Assembly (NCBI RefSeq): GCF_036321535.1
Contig: NC_087440.1
Coordinates: 43,772,001-43,836,000 of the forward strand
DNA from: Camelus dromedarius
Taxonomy: Eukaryota
Reading direction: 5' to 3'
DNA: 64,000 nt
The notes under the pieces were generated by a model. It ran no database searches, was not told the DNA's origin, and was given only the letters and a program-made list of their open reading frames with translations. Positions 25,400 through 37,849 of the stretch are shown here, one piece after another. The translations under genes and the position numbers were made by a program. Position 1 is the first letter of the stretch. Each line of letters starts with the position of its first letter.

Positions 25400-25700
25400 T
25401 TTCCATCAACCTCTGGATAAAAGTCAAAGTCTTTACATGACCTACAAAGCCTGGGTTGATCTAGCCCCTGTTACTGCTCTAGCTTCATCTCTTAATGTGT
25501 TTCCCCTTCCCCACCCCACCCCTTCATTCTTTTCCAATATACTGGCCTCCTTGCAGTTTCTCAAATAAGCCATGCCTACTCCTACCTCAGGGCCTTTGCA
25601 CCTGCTCTTCCCTCTGCCTGGAATGCTTTCCCCACAGATAGCTACATGGCTTCTTTCTCACCTCTAAGTCTTCTCAGTGAAGTCTTCCTATTCCTTATCC
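25400..25700 (+). mobile_element. L2 3' fragment
   Basis: ctcagggcctttgcacctgctcttccctctgcctggaatgctttcccc, a near-consensus L2 motif. Confidence 0.85.
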
Positions 25701-25709
25701 CCTATTTCA

Positions 25710-26430
25710 GATGTCTATCTATTGTTACATAACAAACCACCGTAAAAGTTAGCGGCTTAACTGACTTTCAGTTAAGTTAGTGGCTTAACTGATCAATTGT
25801 TTGTTAAGACAGTTCTGCAGGTGGAGTGGATGCTTCTTCCTGCTCCCTGTATCCCCCGCTTCTCTGGGAGTGACTACATTCACCTGGAAGTTCTGCTGGT
25901 ACATCTTGGGTCTCCTTCACCTGGCCTCTTTCTAGTTGATCATACATCTTCCAGAGCCTCTCCACATGGCTCTTTCTCCAGGAGAATAGTCAGGCCTTGC
26001 TTAGATCATGGAAGCTAGAGTCCTGGTAGGCGTACTCCAAGAGGACAGGCCCCAATGTGACTGGCTTATCAAACCTGTGGTTGCACCTCACTTGCTAATG
26101 TCCCACTGGCCAAAGCCAGTCCATGACCAAGCCCAGAGTCAATGTGGAAGAAGACTACTCAGGGTGTGAACACCTGGATATATCGTTCATTGGAGGCTAC
26201 CAACCTAGTAGTCTACCCTACCTGCCTCTGGCCCCAACATCCCTCCCACCTGCAAAGTATACTCACCATCCCCCAAGACCCCTCAAAGTCTCATCCCATT
26301 AAGGCCTCCAGCTTAAGCCTTGAGGTCCAGGATCCTACCATTGAGAACATGTCCGGGTGTGGTTGAGGTGAGTGGGTGCAATTCCTTAGGTGCCACTCCT
26401 TGAGTGTAACTCCTCAGGTGTAGCTGCCTA
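25710..26430 (-). mobile_element. MaLR LTR (MLT1F/G/H-like) with adjoining internal fragment
   Basis: ctattgttacataacaaaccacc; ttgctaatgtcccactggccaaagc; caaagtctcatcccatt. Confidence 0.75.
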
Positions 26431-26679
26431 TAACTGAGCCAGCAAGATCATCCTTTGCCTCTCATCCCCTGATTTAGAAATGCCTCATATGCCTGTCTTC
26501 CTTTCCTGTGGTGAATAGAATTTAGTACACTTACCTTCGATCTTTCTCTTCTTAGGTAATTTAAATATTTCCTTTTTGCTCTAGTCTCAGAAAAGACAGA
26601 GATAAGTTTATTGTTACATTGTAGTTCTTCACTTTGATAATTATTAATTTCCTCTTTACCTTCCTCCACTCCCTGATGT

Positions 26680-27200
26680 CCCAGTTATCTATTTCGGTAT
26701 ATCTGTGTGTACAGTATAAGCTCCCCCAAAATTTAATGACTTAAATCAACATTAATCAATTCATTATTTCTTACTATTTTCTGGGTTTGCTGTGCTTTTA
26801 GTCTCACCATATGGTGTTAGCAGGTGTGTCAAATATGTCGGCATGCAGGTGAGAGCTCAGAAGGTGCACCTTGGTTCTCTTCCCCTTTATCACTCTCTCT
26901 GCCTTGGTCTTATCATCAAGGGCCTCTCCATGTGACCTCTCTCTCCAGAAGATAGTCTGGACTTCCTTACAGCATGGCGACTGGGTTCCAAGAAAGTCCA
27001 AACAGAAACTGCCAGGTTTCTTAATGGCTAGGCCTGGAGCTGGAGCTGCTGCCTATTCTATTAGTCAAAGCTAGTCATGAAGCCAGCTAGGATTCAAGGA
27101 GAGGCGAAATACAGCACCCCCATCTCTCATAGAGAGTGAGATGTGAATACAGAGAGAGGAGGAGTGGGTGGTGGCCATCTTTGTGGACTGTCTACTATAT
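26680..27200 (-). mobile_element. MaLR LTR (MLT1I/J/K-like)
   Basis: gggcctctccatgtgacc...ggacttccttacagcatggcg...ctattagtcaaagc...ggattcaaggagagg. Confidence 0.7.
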
Positions 27201-27261
27201 CCCTTCTTCTTGATTTTATTTTCTCCTAAGCTCTTACCAATCTGTGTTTATCTCATTTATT

Positions 27262-28095
27262 TTTTTATTTTTTATTTTTTTAACATTTTTTATTGATTTA
27301 TAACCATTTTACAATGTGTCAAATTCCAGTGTTCAGCACAATTTTTCAGCCATTCATGGACATATACACACTCATTGTCACATTTTTTTCTCTGTGAGTT
27401 ATCATAACATTTTGTGTATATTTCCCTGTGCTATACAGTGTAATCTTGTTTATCTATTCTATAATTTTGAAATCCCAGGCTATCCCTTCCCACCCTCCAC
27501 CCCCCGGTAACCACAAGTCTGTATTCTCTGTCTGTGAGTCTATTTCTGTCCTGTATTTACGCTTTGTTTTTGTTTGTTTGTTTTTGTTTTTGTTTTTTAG
27601 ATTCCACATATGAGCGATCTCATATGGTATTTTTCTTTCTCTTTCTGGCTTACTTCGCTTAGAATGNNNNNNNNNNNNNNNNNNNNNNNNNNNNNNNNNN
27701 NNNNNNNNNNNNNNNNNNNNNNNNNNNNNNNNNNNNNNNNNNNNNNNNNNNNNNNNNNNNNNNNNNNNNNNNNNNNNNNNNNNNNNNNNNNNNNNNNNNN
27801 NNNNNNNNNNNNNNNNNNNNNNNNNNNNNNNNNNNNNNNNNNNNNNNNNNNNNNNTCCTGAAGTAGATTTCCTTCTGGATACAAGCCCAGGAGTGGGATT
27901 CCTGGGTCATATGGTAAGTCTATTCCTAGTCTTTTGAGGAATCTCCACACTGTTTTCCATAGTGGCTGCACCAAACTGCATTCCCACCAGCAGTGCAGGA
28001 GGGTTCCCCTTTCTCCACAGCCTCTCCAGCATTTGTCATTTGTGGATTTTTGAATGACGGCCATTCTGACTGGTGTGAGGTGATACCTCATTGTA
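27262..28095 (-). mobile_element. Young 5'-truncated L1 (camelid-type 3'UTR) inserted in an L2 tail
   Basis: Open ORF2 C-terminus (27597-28091: [10 protein letters not shown]...[19 protein letters not shown]...ILSEVSQKEKEKYHMRSLICGI). Perfect 16-bp TSD gtttatctcatttatt (27246-27261 and 28096-28111). Confidence 0.95.
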
Positions 28096-28111
28096 GTTTA
28101 TCTCATTTATT

Positions 28112-28240
28112 ATGTGTCTCTTACTCTGGGTGGACACTCTAGAAAGTCAGGGATTTTTGTCCATTTTATTCACTGATGCATACTCCCCAAATACTGCCTA
28201 CCATATAGTAGGTGGTCATATATTTTTTGAAGTGAATGTT
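28112..28240 (+). mobile_element. L2 3' terminus (continuation after the L1)
   Basis: agtcagggatttttgtccattttattcactgatg...tgcctaccatatagtaggtg. Confidence 0.7.
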
Positions 28241-31200
28241 TAGTGCACTAGCTGCTGGTATACTTTTTCTTCTCCCTCCACTGGACATCTGTCATCTACT
28301 TGGCTCTTCATGGCTGATTTGAACACAGGATGTTAAAATATTTTCATATATGTTTATATATTTGATTTTTGCCATGTCTGAGCCCACCTGCTTTGCCTGT
28401 ATCTTTGGGAATTAGCTCTGGCATCATCGAATGCTTTCCCTCATCTGTCTTTGGATGTGGAATGATGATGCAGAATTTGATGCCAACCCTGTGCCCACTT
28501 CAGACTGCTTTTGGTTTGCTTTGTCCTCATAAATTCCTTGCTGCCTACTATAAAGACTGATCTTTCAAATAGGAGTAAAAGACACACATATTAGAGTGAC
28601 CATCATTATAAAGTACAGAAATATTTCACACTCCAGGGTTCTGAAGAAATCTAAGGGGAGGCACCTGATGATATTTGTCAAATAAAAAATATTAAAAACT
28701 TTCAACTATTTTTTTAGTGTATAAGAAAATCAAAGGTCGATGTGAAAGTATCTATGCTTACTGATCTGTGCTTTTTCTTTCTTTATTCCATTCCAGTGTA
28801 ATTTCTCCTCGGTCCTTTTCTTTTTGTTCATGCCTTTCTCCAACTTACAAAAATTTCTTGTTGAAAATGCACAGTTACTTTTTCTCAATTTCTACCTCTA
28901 AGTTTTAGCTCTCCAGTGATACTTGATTTGGGAGTATATGATTGTCTTAACTCTGATTTTGTTTGGCCTGAAGCTTCCTGGTAAAATCATTGCGATAGCA
29001 AATTACCTGTTGCTTTTATACGATACTGCATTAGAGATAGAATTAACCATATGATGTGTTCATGTCATAATGCCATTGACTCCAGAAACCACATACACCA
29101 ATAAGCGTAATTTTTTTTAACAGTCACACATCTCATGTAGTAATGAAAGACATTAGAGTGACATATGAAAATCGTATTAATGGATGGTTTCATCTAGTGT
29201 CTGTAGCTAGAAATTACAAATGAATTCACTGACTGCTACATGATTGGTTGTGTAGAATGAAAACAGCTATTATGGGCTTTATAAGGTTTCTGTTTAAGTA
29301 AGTGAAATATCATAGCCTTGGGATAACTGATGGCAGGATTAGCTAGGTTAACCTTCAAATAAATAGGGAGAAGGAGGAGGGTAAAACATATATAGAGAAG
29401 TATTTAAGCAGTGTATGCAAAGCCAATGCTGAGAATGAGATGGAAGTGTCCTGAAACGTATCATGAGACCTTAATGAATTATTAAAAAAAAAGTCATAAC
29501 ATTATCCTTTCATATCAAGGATAATAAGATAATAGTATAAACTGAGAGCATCTATAAACTTCTCTTCTGGAGGGTAGTGGAGACAGAAGATGATCATAAA
29601 GTTGATTGCTTTTGTGAAGTAAAATTAGGGGATACAGACAGTTCGGTAGATAACAGTATTTAATCACAGTTTCTTTGTAAAATAAGTTTATACCTCTGCC
29701 AACTTAGTTTTAGAAAGATAATTTAAAACCCTGCTTATAAGTTGAAGTAAGAGGACATCACTAGGTGTCCTCCATCAGGGCAATTTCAACCATTGTTCTT
29801 TCTCATCTACAAAGCTTGATTAAAGGAATCCAACCACAGAACAAGACGGCTGGAGTTTTCGCTGCATTTTTAATTCTTACATTTTGTGTGTTGAACACTA
29901 ACATCCCAAGAAAAGTTGGGTCAAAATGGGAATTCTAAAACAAGGAAGACATTCACCCCAACTTACAGGAAAAAGTTTATACAGTTTTAAGACCCCTTCA
30001 GTCTGTAGAATGAGGACCTCTTCTTACCTTTTTCTGTTGGTGAGAGTGGCCCTGTGGTGTGCTGGCCATTCTTTTGTCTGATGGCAAAGACTCACTATAG
30101 TGGAGGCTCAGTTGTGTGTCCTTTCTGGGGCACAGGTACCATTTGGGAATTTTTAGTTATGACCAAGAGCAATGTCAGATTTGGGGAAATCAGGAGAAAA
30201 GGGAACATTGTTATGAGCTTGTTCTGCTGGAAACATTGTCTTAGCAGTCATAGAGAAGTCAGGGAGAAAATGGAGTTGCCATCTACAATCATTTATTGAT
30301 ATCCAACTATAAACATACGGCACTTCGGAGGCACTAGTAGAGAAAAGGAAATGCCCACCCACTCCCTGAAACCAAAATAATCAGAGAGGGTTATACCATC
30401 TTTTAGATAAAGGTAGACTTAAAGGGATTTTGTAGAAATAAAAATTTTTGGCAACAATGAATGATGCTTTTAAAAAAATTCTATGGCTGTTTCATTTTTG
30501 GCATAGAAATATTAATTTAACATAAAGATTTATTTTCTATTCTAATTGTGTTTCTGCTTTGTAACTTGTTTATTCCTGTTCCTTTATTTGCCCATTTGCT
30601 TATGAAGACTTTACTATTTTTCATATCAGGAATGCTCATTTTTAAAGGTAAAGTATTAGCTCATGGATTAAATTTAATTTTAGAGGACAATGTCTAGGAA
30701 TGCATCTAGTCTGTCTATCAGTTAAATGTTTCAATTTTTACTGTCTTTACAAATATTTTGATGGAAAAGTGCAGGTTGCAATGATCGTGTCATTCTGCTT
30801 GTCAGAAGTCTTTCATAGCTCTCTAGCACACAGAGTAAAATTCCAAGCTCTCCAAAATGTAAATGCAGTGTGTCTTTTCATCTTTTCCCTTAATGCACTA
30901 TATCCCTTTCTGTTAGTATTCTTCACCCCTTTATCTCCACTAAACTTAAATCCTTGTCATACTGGAAACGACATTTTCTGTCCCTCAGCTTCTTCCATAC
31001 AGACTCTCTCAATGCTGTTAAATCTATCCCACCTTGCATATCTAGGTTCTGTAAGGTTGCGTGTGTTTCACCTTCCTGTCTCATCTAGGCCCGCCCAGAT
31101 ATCCTCCAACCAGAAGTGAAATCTTTGCCCTGTTATCTCATTGTATTTGGTGAATCTATTAGAACACTTTGCATCGGGGAGGCAGTGGTGTTCCTGAACG

Positions 31201-31818
31201 GCAGAGAACTAGTGTCAGGTATCATTAGGCTTGCTTGAAATCCTGGACTTCTCTGTTTTCTGTTCCTCCCAGCCCCTCTTTTCCTCACTCTTATCCTTAT
31301 CCTGTTTGGATACAATAGGCAGTGATTCTAATATCATTTACCACATTGATTCCTCTTTTCTGTTGTCCTTCTACTGACCTGGCGAAATCCAGATCCTAGA
31401 TGAATCCAATTATCATCCTTACCCGCATACTGAGACTACTGACCACATCTGGGAAAATCTTGCAGTCAGCTGGTGTGGTATGGTTACCCTCCAAACTCAA
31501 TGAGCTCTCAAAATTTCCTACTTTCTGCAGTGATCATTTCAAGACTTCTTTCCCTGCTTTTCTCAAATCTCTTCACCTGCTACCTCCTTACTTTCTTTTA
31601 GATAATCACAACATTTTCTGCTCTACAGATAATATAGAATCGAGGACAAGAACTGCCTCAAATTCCCATCAATAAATCTCAAACTTACCTTCATCTACCA
31701 GCTCCATTCCTTCCCTTTGCTTCTTTTCTAGTGGAAAAGTAATTCCTCCTGTATAAAGCAAGACTTCTGCCTGTATGCTCTTAACCCCTTCTGCCTGCAG
31801 AAGAACCTTGCCCTAGAC

Positions 31819-31992
31819 CAGTGGTTCTCAAGTTTAAGTCTGCATCACAGTCACTTGCTGGTTGTTTGTTAAAAACCAGATCACTGAGAACCACTTCCAG
31901 ATTTTCTGATTTGGTTGGTCTGGGTGAAGACTGAGAATTTATATTTCTAACAAATTCCCAAATGATGCTGATGCTACTGGTCCAGTGACCAT
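31819..31992 (+). mobile_element. MER5A hAT-Charlie MITE
   Basis: cagtggttctcaa...tgcatcacagtcac...atttctaacaaattcccaaatgatgctgatgct; right end runs into an N-run. Confidence 0.85.
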
Positions 31993-32249
31993 NNNNNNNN
32001 NNNNNNNNNNNNNNNNNNNNNNNNNNNNNNNNNNNNNNNNNNNNNNNNNNNNNNNNNNNNNNNNNNNNNNNNNNNNNNNNNNNNNNNNNNNNNNNNNNNN
32101 NNNNNNNNNNNNNNNNNNNNNNNNNNNNNNNNNNNNNNNNNNNNNNNNNNNNNNNNNNNNNNNNNNNNNNNNNNNNNNNNNNNNNNNNNNNNNNNNNNNN
32201 NNNNNNNNNNNNNNNNNNNNNNNNNNNNNNNNNNNNNNNNNNNNNNNNN

Positions 32250-32559
32250 AGAGGCCACAGCTCAAGACATAGGAAGAGACATTTTCAGTCTGAGTTTGAG
32301 GATGGGCAAAAACTGATGTCCCAGTATGAAGGCAATCAGGCAGGAGGAATTCTTCCTTATTTGGGGGAAGATCAGGCTTTTTGTTCCATTTTTATCTTCA
32401 ACTAATTGGATGAGGCCCACCCTACTGCTTTACTCAGTCTAGTGATTTAAATGGTAATATCATGCAAAAACACCCTCACAGAAACACCTAGAATAATGTT
32501 TGACCAAAGATCTGGGCACCCTGTGGCCTCGTCAAGTTGACACATAAAATTAGCCATCA
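32250..32559 (-). mobile_element. ERVL LTR, MLT2 (MLT2D-like), partial
   Basis: Ends gtcaagttgacacataaaattagccatca, the reverse complement of the MLT2 start. Confidence 0.8.
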
Positions 32560-35500
32560 AACTACCCTATAGGTCATTCCCTCTTCCTACTGTATTCTTT
32601 GTCTTTGACTATGTATCTTATCTTTCCATTCACCAAAGATGCCCAAGATTTTCCACCTATGTAAATACTACTGGCCAAACCAAAAACTCCTTGCTTTAAA
32701 CCTATACTATCTTTTGGTTGTCATCATGCATCTCTCCTCCTTCATACTCCAATTCTTAAGATACTATCCATAATTATCGTTGCTATATTCTCACCCTGTC
32801 TTCACTGCTGAATCCACAACAGTGCACTCCAGTATCTGGATTTAACACCAACCACACCCACACTGCATTTGATAAAGTTTTCTGTTATTAAATGTAATGG
32901 GAAAACATAAGTCATAATTTTGTTAATCTGGGATGACATTTTGCTTTGTCAATCATATCATCTTTTCTGAAACACTCACTTCCTTTGCCTTCTGATTCTA
33001 CTGATTTTCCTTCTCACTCATCATTATCTTTGTTAGCTCTTTCTCCCCTTCTTGACCCTGATGCTTCAGTGTTCTTTAGGACTAGCTCCTAGGTTCATTC
33101 ATGTACTTAACTACACAGTTTCAGGGAATCTCATTTACTTTCTCTACTTCGATAACTACTTATATGCCAATTGACCCTCAAGTGTATTTTTTTGCCTGAG
33201 CTTATATCTATATATTTAAATCCTTCTTGACATCTCCACTTGAGTACTTTTGGCCAGGAACCTCATCCTCAATATCTGCATGCTCATAACTGAACTCATC
33301 ATCTTCCCCCATCTTCTCCTTCTTCTTATGAATTTTTCCCCTTTGAATTCTTCCTTGAGTCATTAGGAACATCTAGTTTTTCAAGTTAGGGCCTTGAGGG
33401 TTATCCACCAACCTTCTTTCTCCCTAATTTTCTACATCCAATCTGTAACAAAATCTCTTACATAATAACTTTTAAATATCTCTCAAATGTATCCATTTCT
33501 ATTTATTGCCGTGGCCATCATCCTGATTTAGCCATCATCATCTTTTTACTGGCTTCGAGTAATCATCTTCTAAATTCACCTTCCTGCCTTGAGTCTTTTT
33601 ACTCTCAGTTATCATTCTGTTTCCAAAGTCAGAATGATTCCTTAGACATTACATTTGATTATCCTCCTCTTATGCTTAAAACTCTTCAATGGCTTCCATT
33701 TCCCTATAAGTTAATGGCCCCAAACCGTAAGATCTTAGAGTAACCTTGAAGCCCTTCAAGATTTGCTTTGCTCTCTGTTTCAGCAACATTAGACTTCTTT
33801 CATGTCCCAAACCTCAAAATACTCCCTGTATACTCTGGGCCTTTGAACATGCTTTTCTCTGCTGGAATAAGCTGTCTCTCACACCCAGGACTCCTCCACT
33901 CCTCCTGCTCCTCGGCCTCCCTCGCCCTGGACATTACCACTAGGCTTTGCAGTAGTTACTAAATATTTACGAAACTTGCCTGCCCAGAAGGGGCATCTCA
34001 GTCCTGAGGGGAATTTTCTGAGTCTTAAGTGAGTGAAAAACATACGTGAAGTTTTCTGTGTGTGCCTGGCATGTAAGATGTTAACTGGGTAGAAGTTATT
34101 TTCTCCAACCCAAGAAACCAAGATACTGATTGATGTCAATCTCTTTCACTAGATTGGGAATCCTCCCAAATGCTTTTATTCCTCCACAAGCCATGGCATT
34201 GTGCTTTTGAACACAGTAATTTTAATGTCTTTTAAATTAGAATTTGACATAAAGAGGTATTACCATTTCTATAATGATCTTCAGGATTTTTTTGGACTAT
34301 ATATTTCTTGTATATCATTGGTCCAGATTTCTGAAATGCATAGAAATTCATTTTCACTGACAAAGGCCTTTTTTGGAGTCTTACATTAAAATGTTATATT
34401 TTCTCAGTCAAAAGGCATATTGGAGAAATTTGTTGTATTTGCCACATAAAAAGTGGCTCTGTTTCGCACCATCTAAAAATAGGCAAATGCATAACTTTAA
34501 GTGGGATGACACAATTGTGTGATATGAATAGCTATTATCTGAGATTTATAATTGCATCCAAGCTACTCATGTGAGTCATCATTAGAAGCCTGCATTTTAA
34601 GAGAGATATGTAAAACATTACTTTATTTGTCTGCTATGGGAGCAGGAAAGACTTTAATCATAAAAATTACTACTTGTATAAATGCTTAGTTTTAGGTAAA
34701 ATGCTGCAAAATGCCATTAATGTACATGATTCAAATCTCATAGGTTCCTAAAGAGAATTCTCAGGACAAAAGAAACTTTGGGATTTTTTTGTAGGCTGTG
34801 ACAAAGTTTCAAAAGTAAAAAAAAATCAGTAAAACCTAATATTAGTTCATGTTATAGGAAAAAAACGTTGAGTAAATTCACCTCTAAACAACTGGACCTT
34901 ACTAGCTGACTTGTACAGGTGGATACAGGCATGGTAGACTGGTAGGCATCCGTGAAAAGCACCCATGCCACCTTATAACCTCTGGGAAGGCTGGAAGTAG
35001 GATTCTTCTCGCAAAGCTGCAAAAATAGTGATATAGGAAACATATCAGATAAAACAGAAACTCAAGTTGCAAAGGGGAAACATCTCACACGTAAGCAGCT
35101 CACAGACCAGGTCATGTGGGTATACCACTGTGTGGTAATTTGGCATTTAAACTGCAAGGCTGCATTTCAGTACTCCCCATTTAGGTGAGTACTGTGCTCT
35201 CTGTTCTACGTGGATGTGTGAACTGGCATACTTCTCATCTCCTCCTAATGAGCACCAGATTCTCCCAGTGCATAAATTAAGCTCTTTTGGAATCCACTAC
35301 CAGGCCACAGGGGTATCATTCAGTGCATTGAAGTAGTAATTTACTAAATGGGACCCTCATGGCACAAAAGAGTTCATGCAGCTTCCCAAATGCCTACCTT
35401 AACCAGGCGATGGTTTATGGTCTGGAGAACCTAATGATTGTTCAGTTACACTATTATGTTTGGAAAGGAGCCTCATATTTCCCCAGAAATTGTGGCTCTG

Positions 35501-36639
35501 CTTTATGCTTTATCTCAGAGTCAGGTTGTTTTTAGCCTTATTCCCACCAGGCTTTTTCCTCTCTTATATTTTATATTTTGCTTCTGTTAGGTTACCTAAG
35601 TAGCACTCCCTTTCCTCCAGTTAATGGTTCTATTGGATTTTAGTTACCATAATTGTTTCCCTAATTGGCTTCATTTGAAAGAATGATTGTTAGGAAAGCT
35701 GATAAACATTGAAAAATCTGCTACTTGGTCTCATTCATTATTCTTCCAATTCATTTTCAATAATAAGTATTCTACTTAGAAATTTTAAAAAACACTTTAA
35801 AATTTTGACTAATGCTTTATTGCAGCATTAATAGTACAGTATTCTCTGTCGAGATATTCTGCTATTCAGAAATAACCACTTCAGAATTATTTTGAACTTT
35901 TAAAAAGATTATCTCTGTTAATTCACTCTGTTTGAAATTTTAAAAGCACAACTTAAAAATTAAATTTGATATCTTATGAATAATTAGTTAATTTTTTAAA
36001 AGTATGGCATTAGAATTTCACATTGTTTTTGAGATTTTTGAATTTGATGATTTTAGTTAATAGGACGATATTGCTCTTGCAGTAAATATAGAAGGTTAAG
36101 ATGCTCTCATTTCTGTATTCTCTAGGTGGCAGCTTAACTCCACCTTTAAAAATCTCCCTTTTACTATTTTTCTCACTAGCATTTCATTTAAAAACTGTAA
36201 CATAATGCACAACAACATGTAAAATGAATACAGCCAAATATGATCTGCCTGCTTTTAATGTCTTGACAAGGTTTTACATGTAGCTTTGCCACACTGCTGA
36301 TTTTAATGGAAGGACTTAGATATACAGTACTCCCCAAAGTGCTCTTGTTCACCATTTTCCTTATAGAAAGGCTGATACTGGATTTTTTTTTTTATGATGA
36401 AGCTGTAGTATAAAGCATCAGCCTTGTTCTAGATTTTGTACTTTTCTGCATGTGTTGTTGAGCCAATTGCCATGCTGTTCAGTCACGTCTGAGTTGAGTG
36501 TACTCCTCTCTCTCTATTACAGTTACATGAACAGCTGGATCTGAATGTCATAATATCCTCATTCCCCTCAGTTAGAGCCCAAGTATCTTCCTGAGAATGA
36601 GGAAAATAGTAGCTTAACACATTATCATGTGGAACAAAA

Positions 36640-36852
36640 TCTCAACTGGGAGTGATTTTGATCCTTGGGGGATATTTGGCAATGTCTGGAGACATTTTTG
36701 ATTGTTTCCACTTGTAGGGAGGGAAGTACTGTTAGCATCTTATGAATATAGGCCAGGGATTCTGTTAAACATGCTACAATGCAGAAGACAGCTCCCCAAA
36801 ACAAAGATTTATCCCGCCCAAATTGTTAACGGTGCTGAGGTTGGGGAATCCT
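36640..36852 (+). mobile_element. MER20 hAT-Charlie MITE
   Basis: ggatatttggcaatgtctggagacattttt...ggccagggattctgttaaacatgctacaatgc. Confidence 0.9.
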
Positions 36853-37598
36853 ATTGTAGAGAAACAGCTATAGTGATATAACATCAAAATCAGTGCAGAA
36901 TTTTAATAATCACTCTAATGAATTCATATAAGAGCAGTTTACTGAAGGTCATAAATATAAATATCCTATAGAAAATAACTTGTGTTTGATTAATTCAGTA
37001 ACAAATATCCCATTAATCTATTCCTTTTCCTATTCTCCTGTTTACTTTTTCTCAAATGGTTTAAAAAAATGCTGTGCCCTATATTACATTTTCCTAATTC
37101 AGAATCATTGTTCAAGTCTTATTTTGCATATCTAAAACTCAGGAAATCTCTTGATGAAAACGTTGTATTTACTGAGTACATAAAGAGTTAGTCTGCACAG
37201 CTGTCAAGATCTATTTGCATTTTCTTTCCTTTCTATTTTGTAAGTCAGTTTTATTAAAACAGATTTGAAATGTCTCAAGTTTATCAAACCTATTGACTGT
37301 GAACTGTATTAATTAAAATTATTGAAAAATCAAGCTTTGAGTATATTGAAGTTCCTGAAGAATTTAGTATAAAAGAAGCTATTTAATTTATCATTGCCAA
37401 GAGGCTGTGAAACAATGACAGACTTGTTTAGTATCCTGAAACTGTGCTACAGGTACAATTCATCATCATGTTTTGCCGGAAGAGCCATTATGTGACTCAT
37501 AATTAAGAATACATACCATATATGGATTAATCAGGTATTCTGTCATCTGATGGGCTAATATAGTGAGAAGTTTTGGCAACCCTATGCTCCCCTTAGAT

Positions 37599-37763
37599 CA
37601 GTGATTTTTCAAATGACATCTTCTTCTAAATCCCCATATATAAAATGGATTAAATTTGAGTTACTTTTGCTGTAAGGAGACAGGCCTGCCTTGTCTCCTG
37701 CAGCAGCCGCAAGCACCGTCCCAGAAATTCAGCCTTCTGTTGAAAATGGTTGGAAAATCACTG
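37599..37763. mobile_element. Small hAT-type MITE
   Basis: Inverted termini cagtgatttttcaaa / ttggaaaatcactg, flanked by ccttagat / gcctagag (degenerate hAT target). Confidence 0.55.
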
Positions 37764-37849
37764 GCCTAGAGCAGGGGTACATCAGGTTTGCTTTAATAAC
37801 TGAACTTTGGGTTTTTTCCGGTGTGTGAGTGTCCATCTTAAGGGGAAAA

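Larger units (their letters stand above)
31380..34170 (+). mobile_element. Long, decayed L2 interrupted by MER5A and MLT2
   Basis: Pyrimidine-rich L2 ORF2/3' sequence on both sides of 31819-32559 (cttgacatctccacttgagt; cttaaaactcttcaatggcttccatt; ggcctttgaacatgct). Confidence 0.7.

Noticed and set aside
25710-27200. Two same-strand MLT1 LTRs with an internal fragment between them, suggesting one deleted provirus
   Set aside because: The two LTRs appear to belong to different subfamilies and are not closely similar, so they are probably independent insertions.
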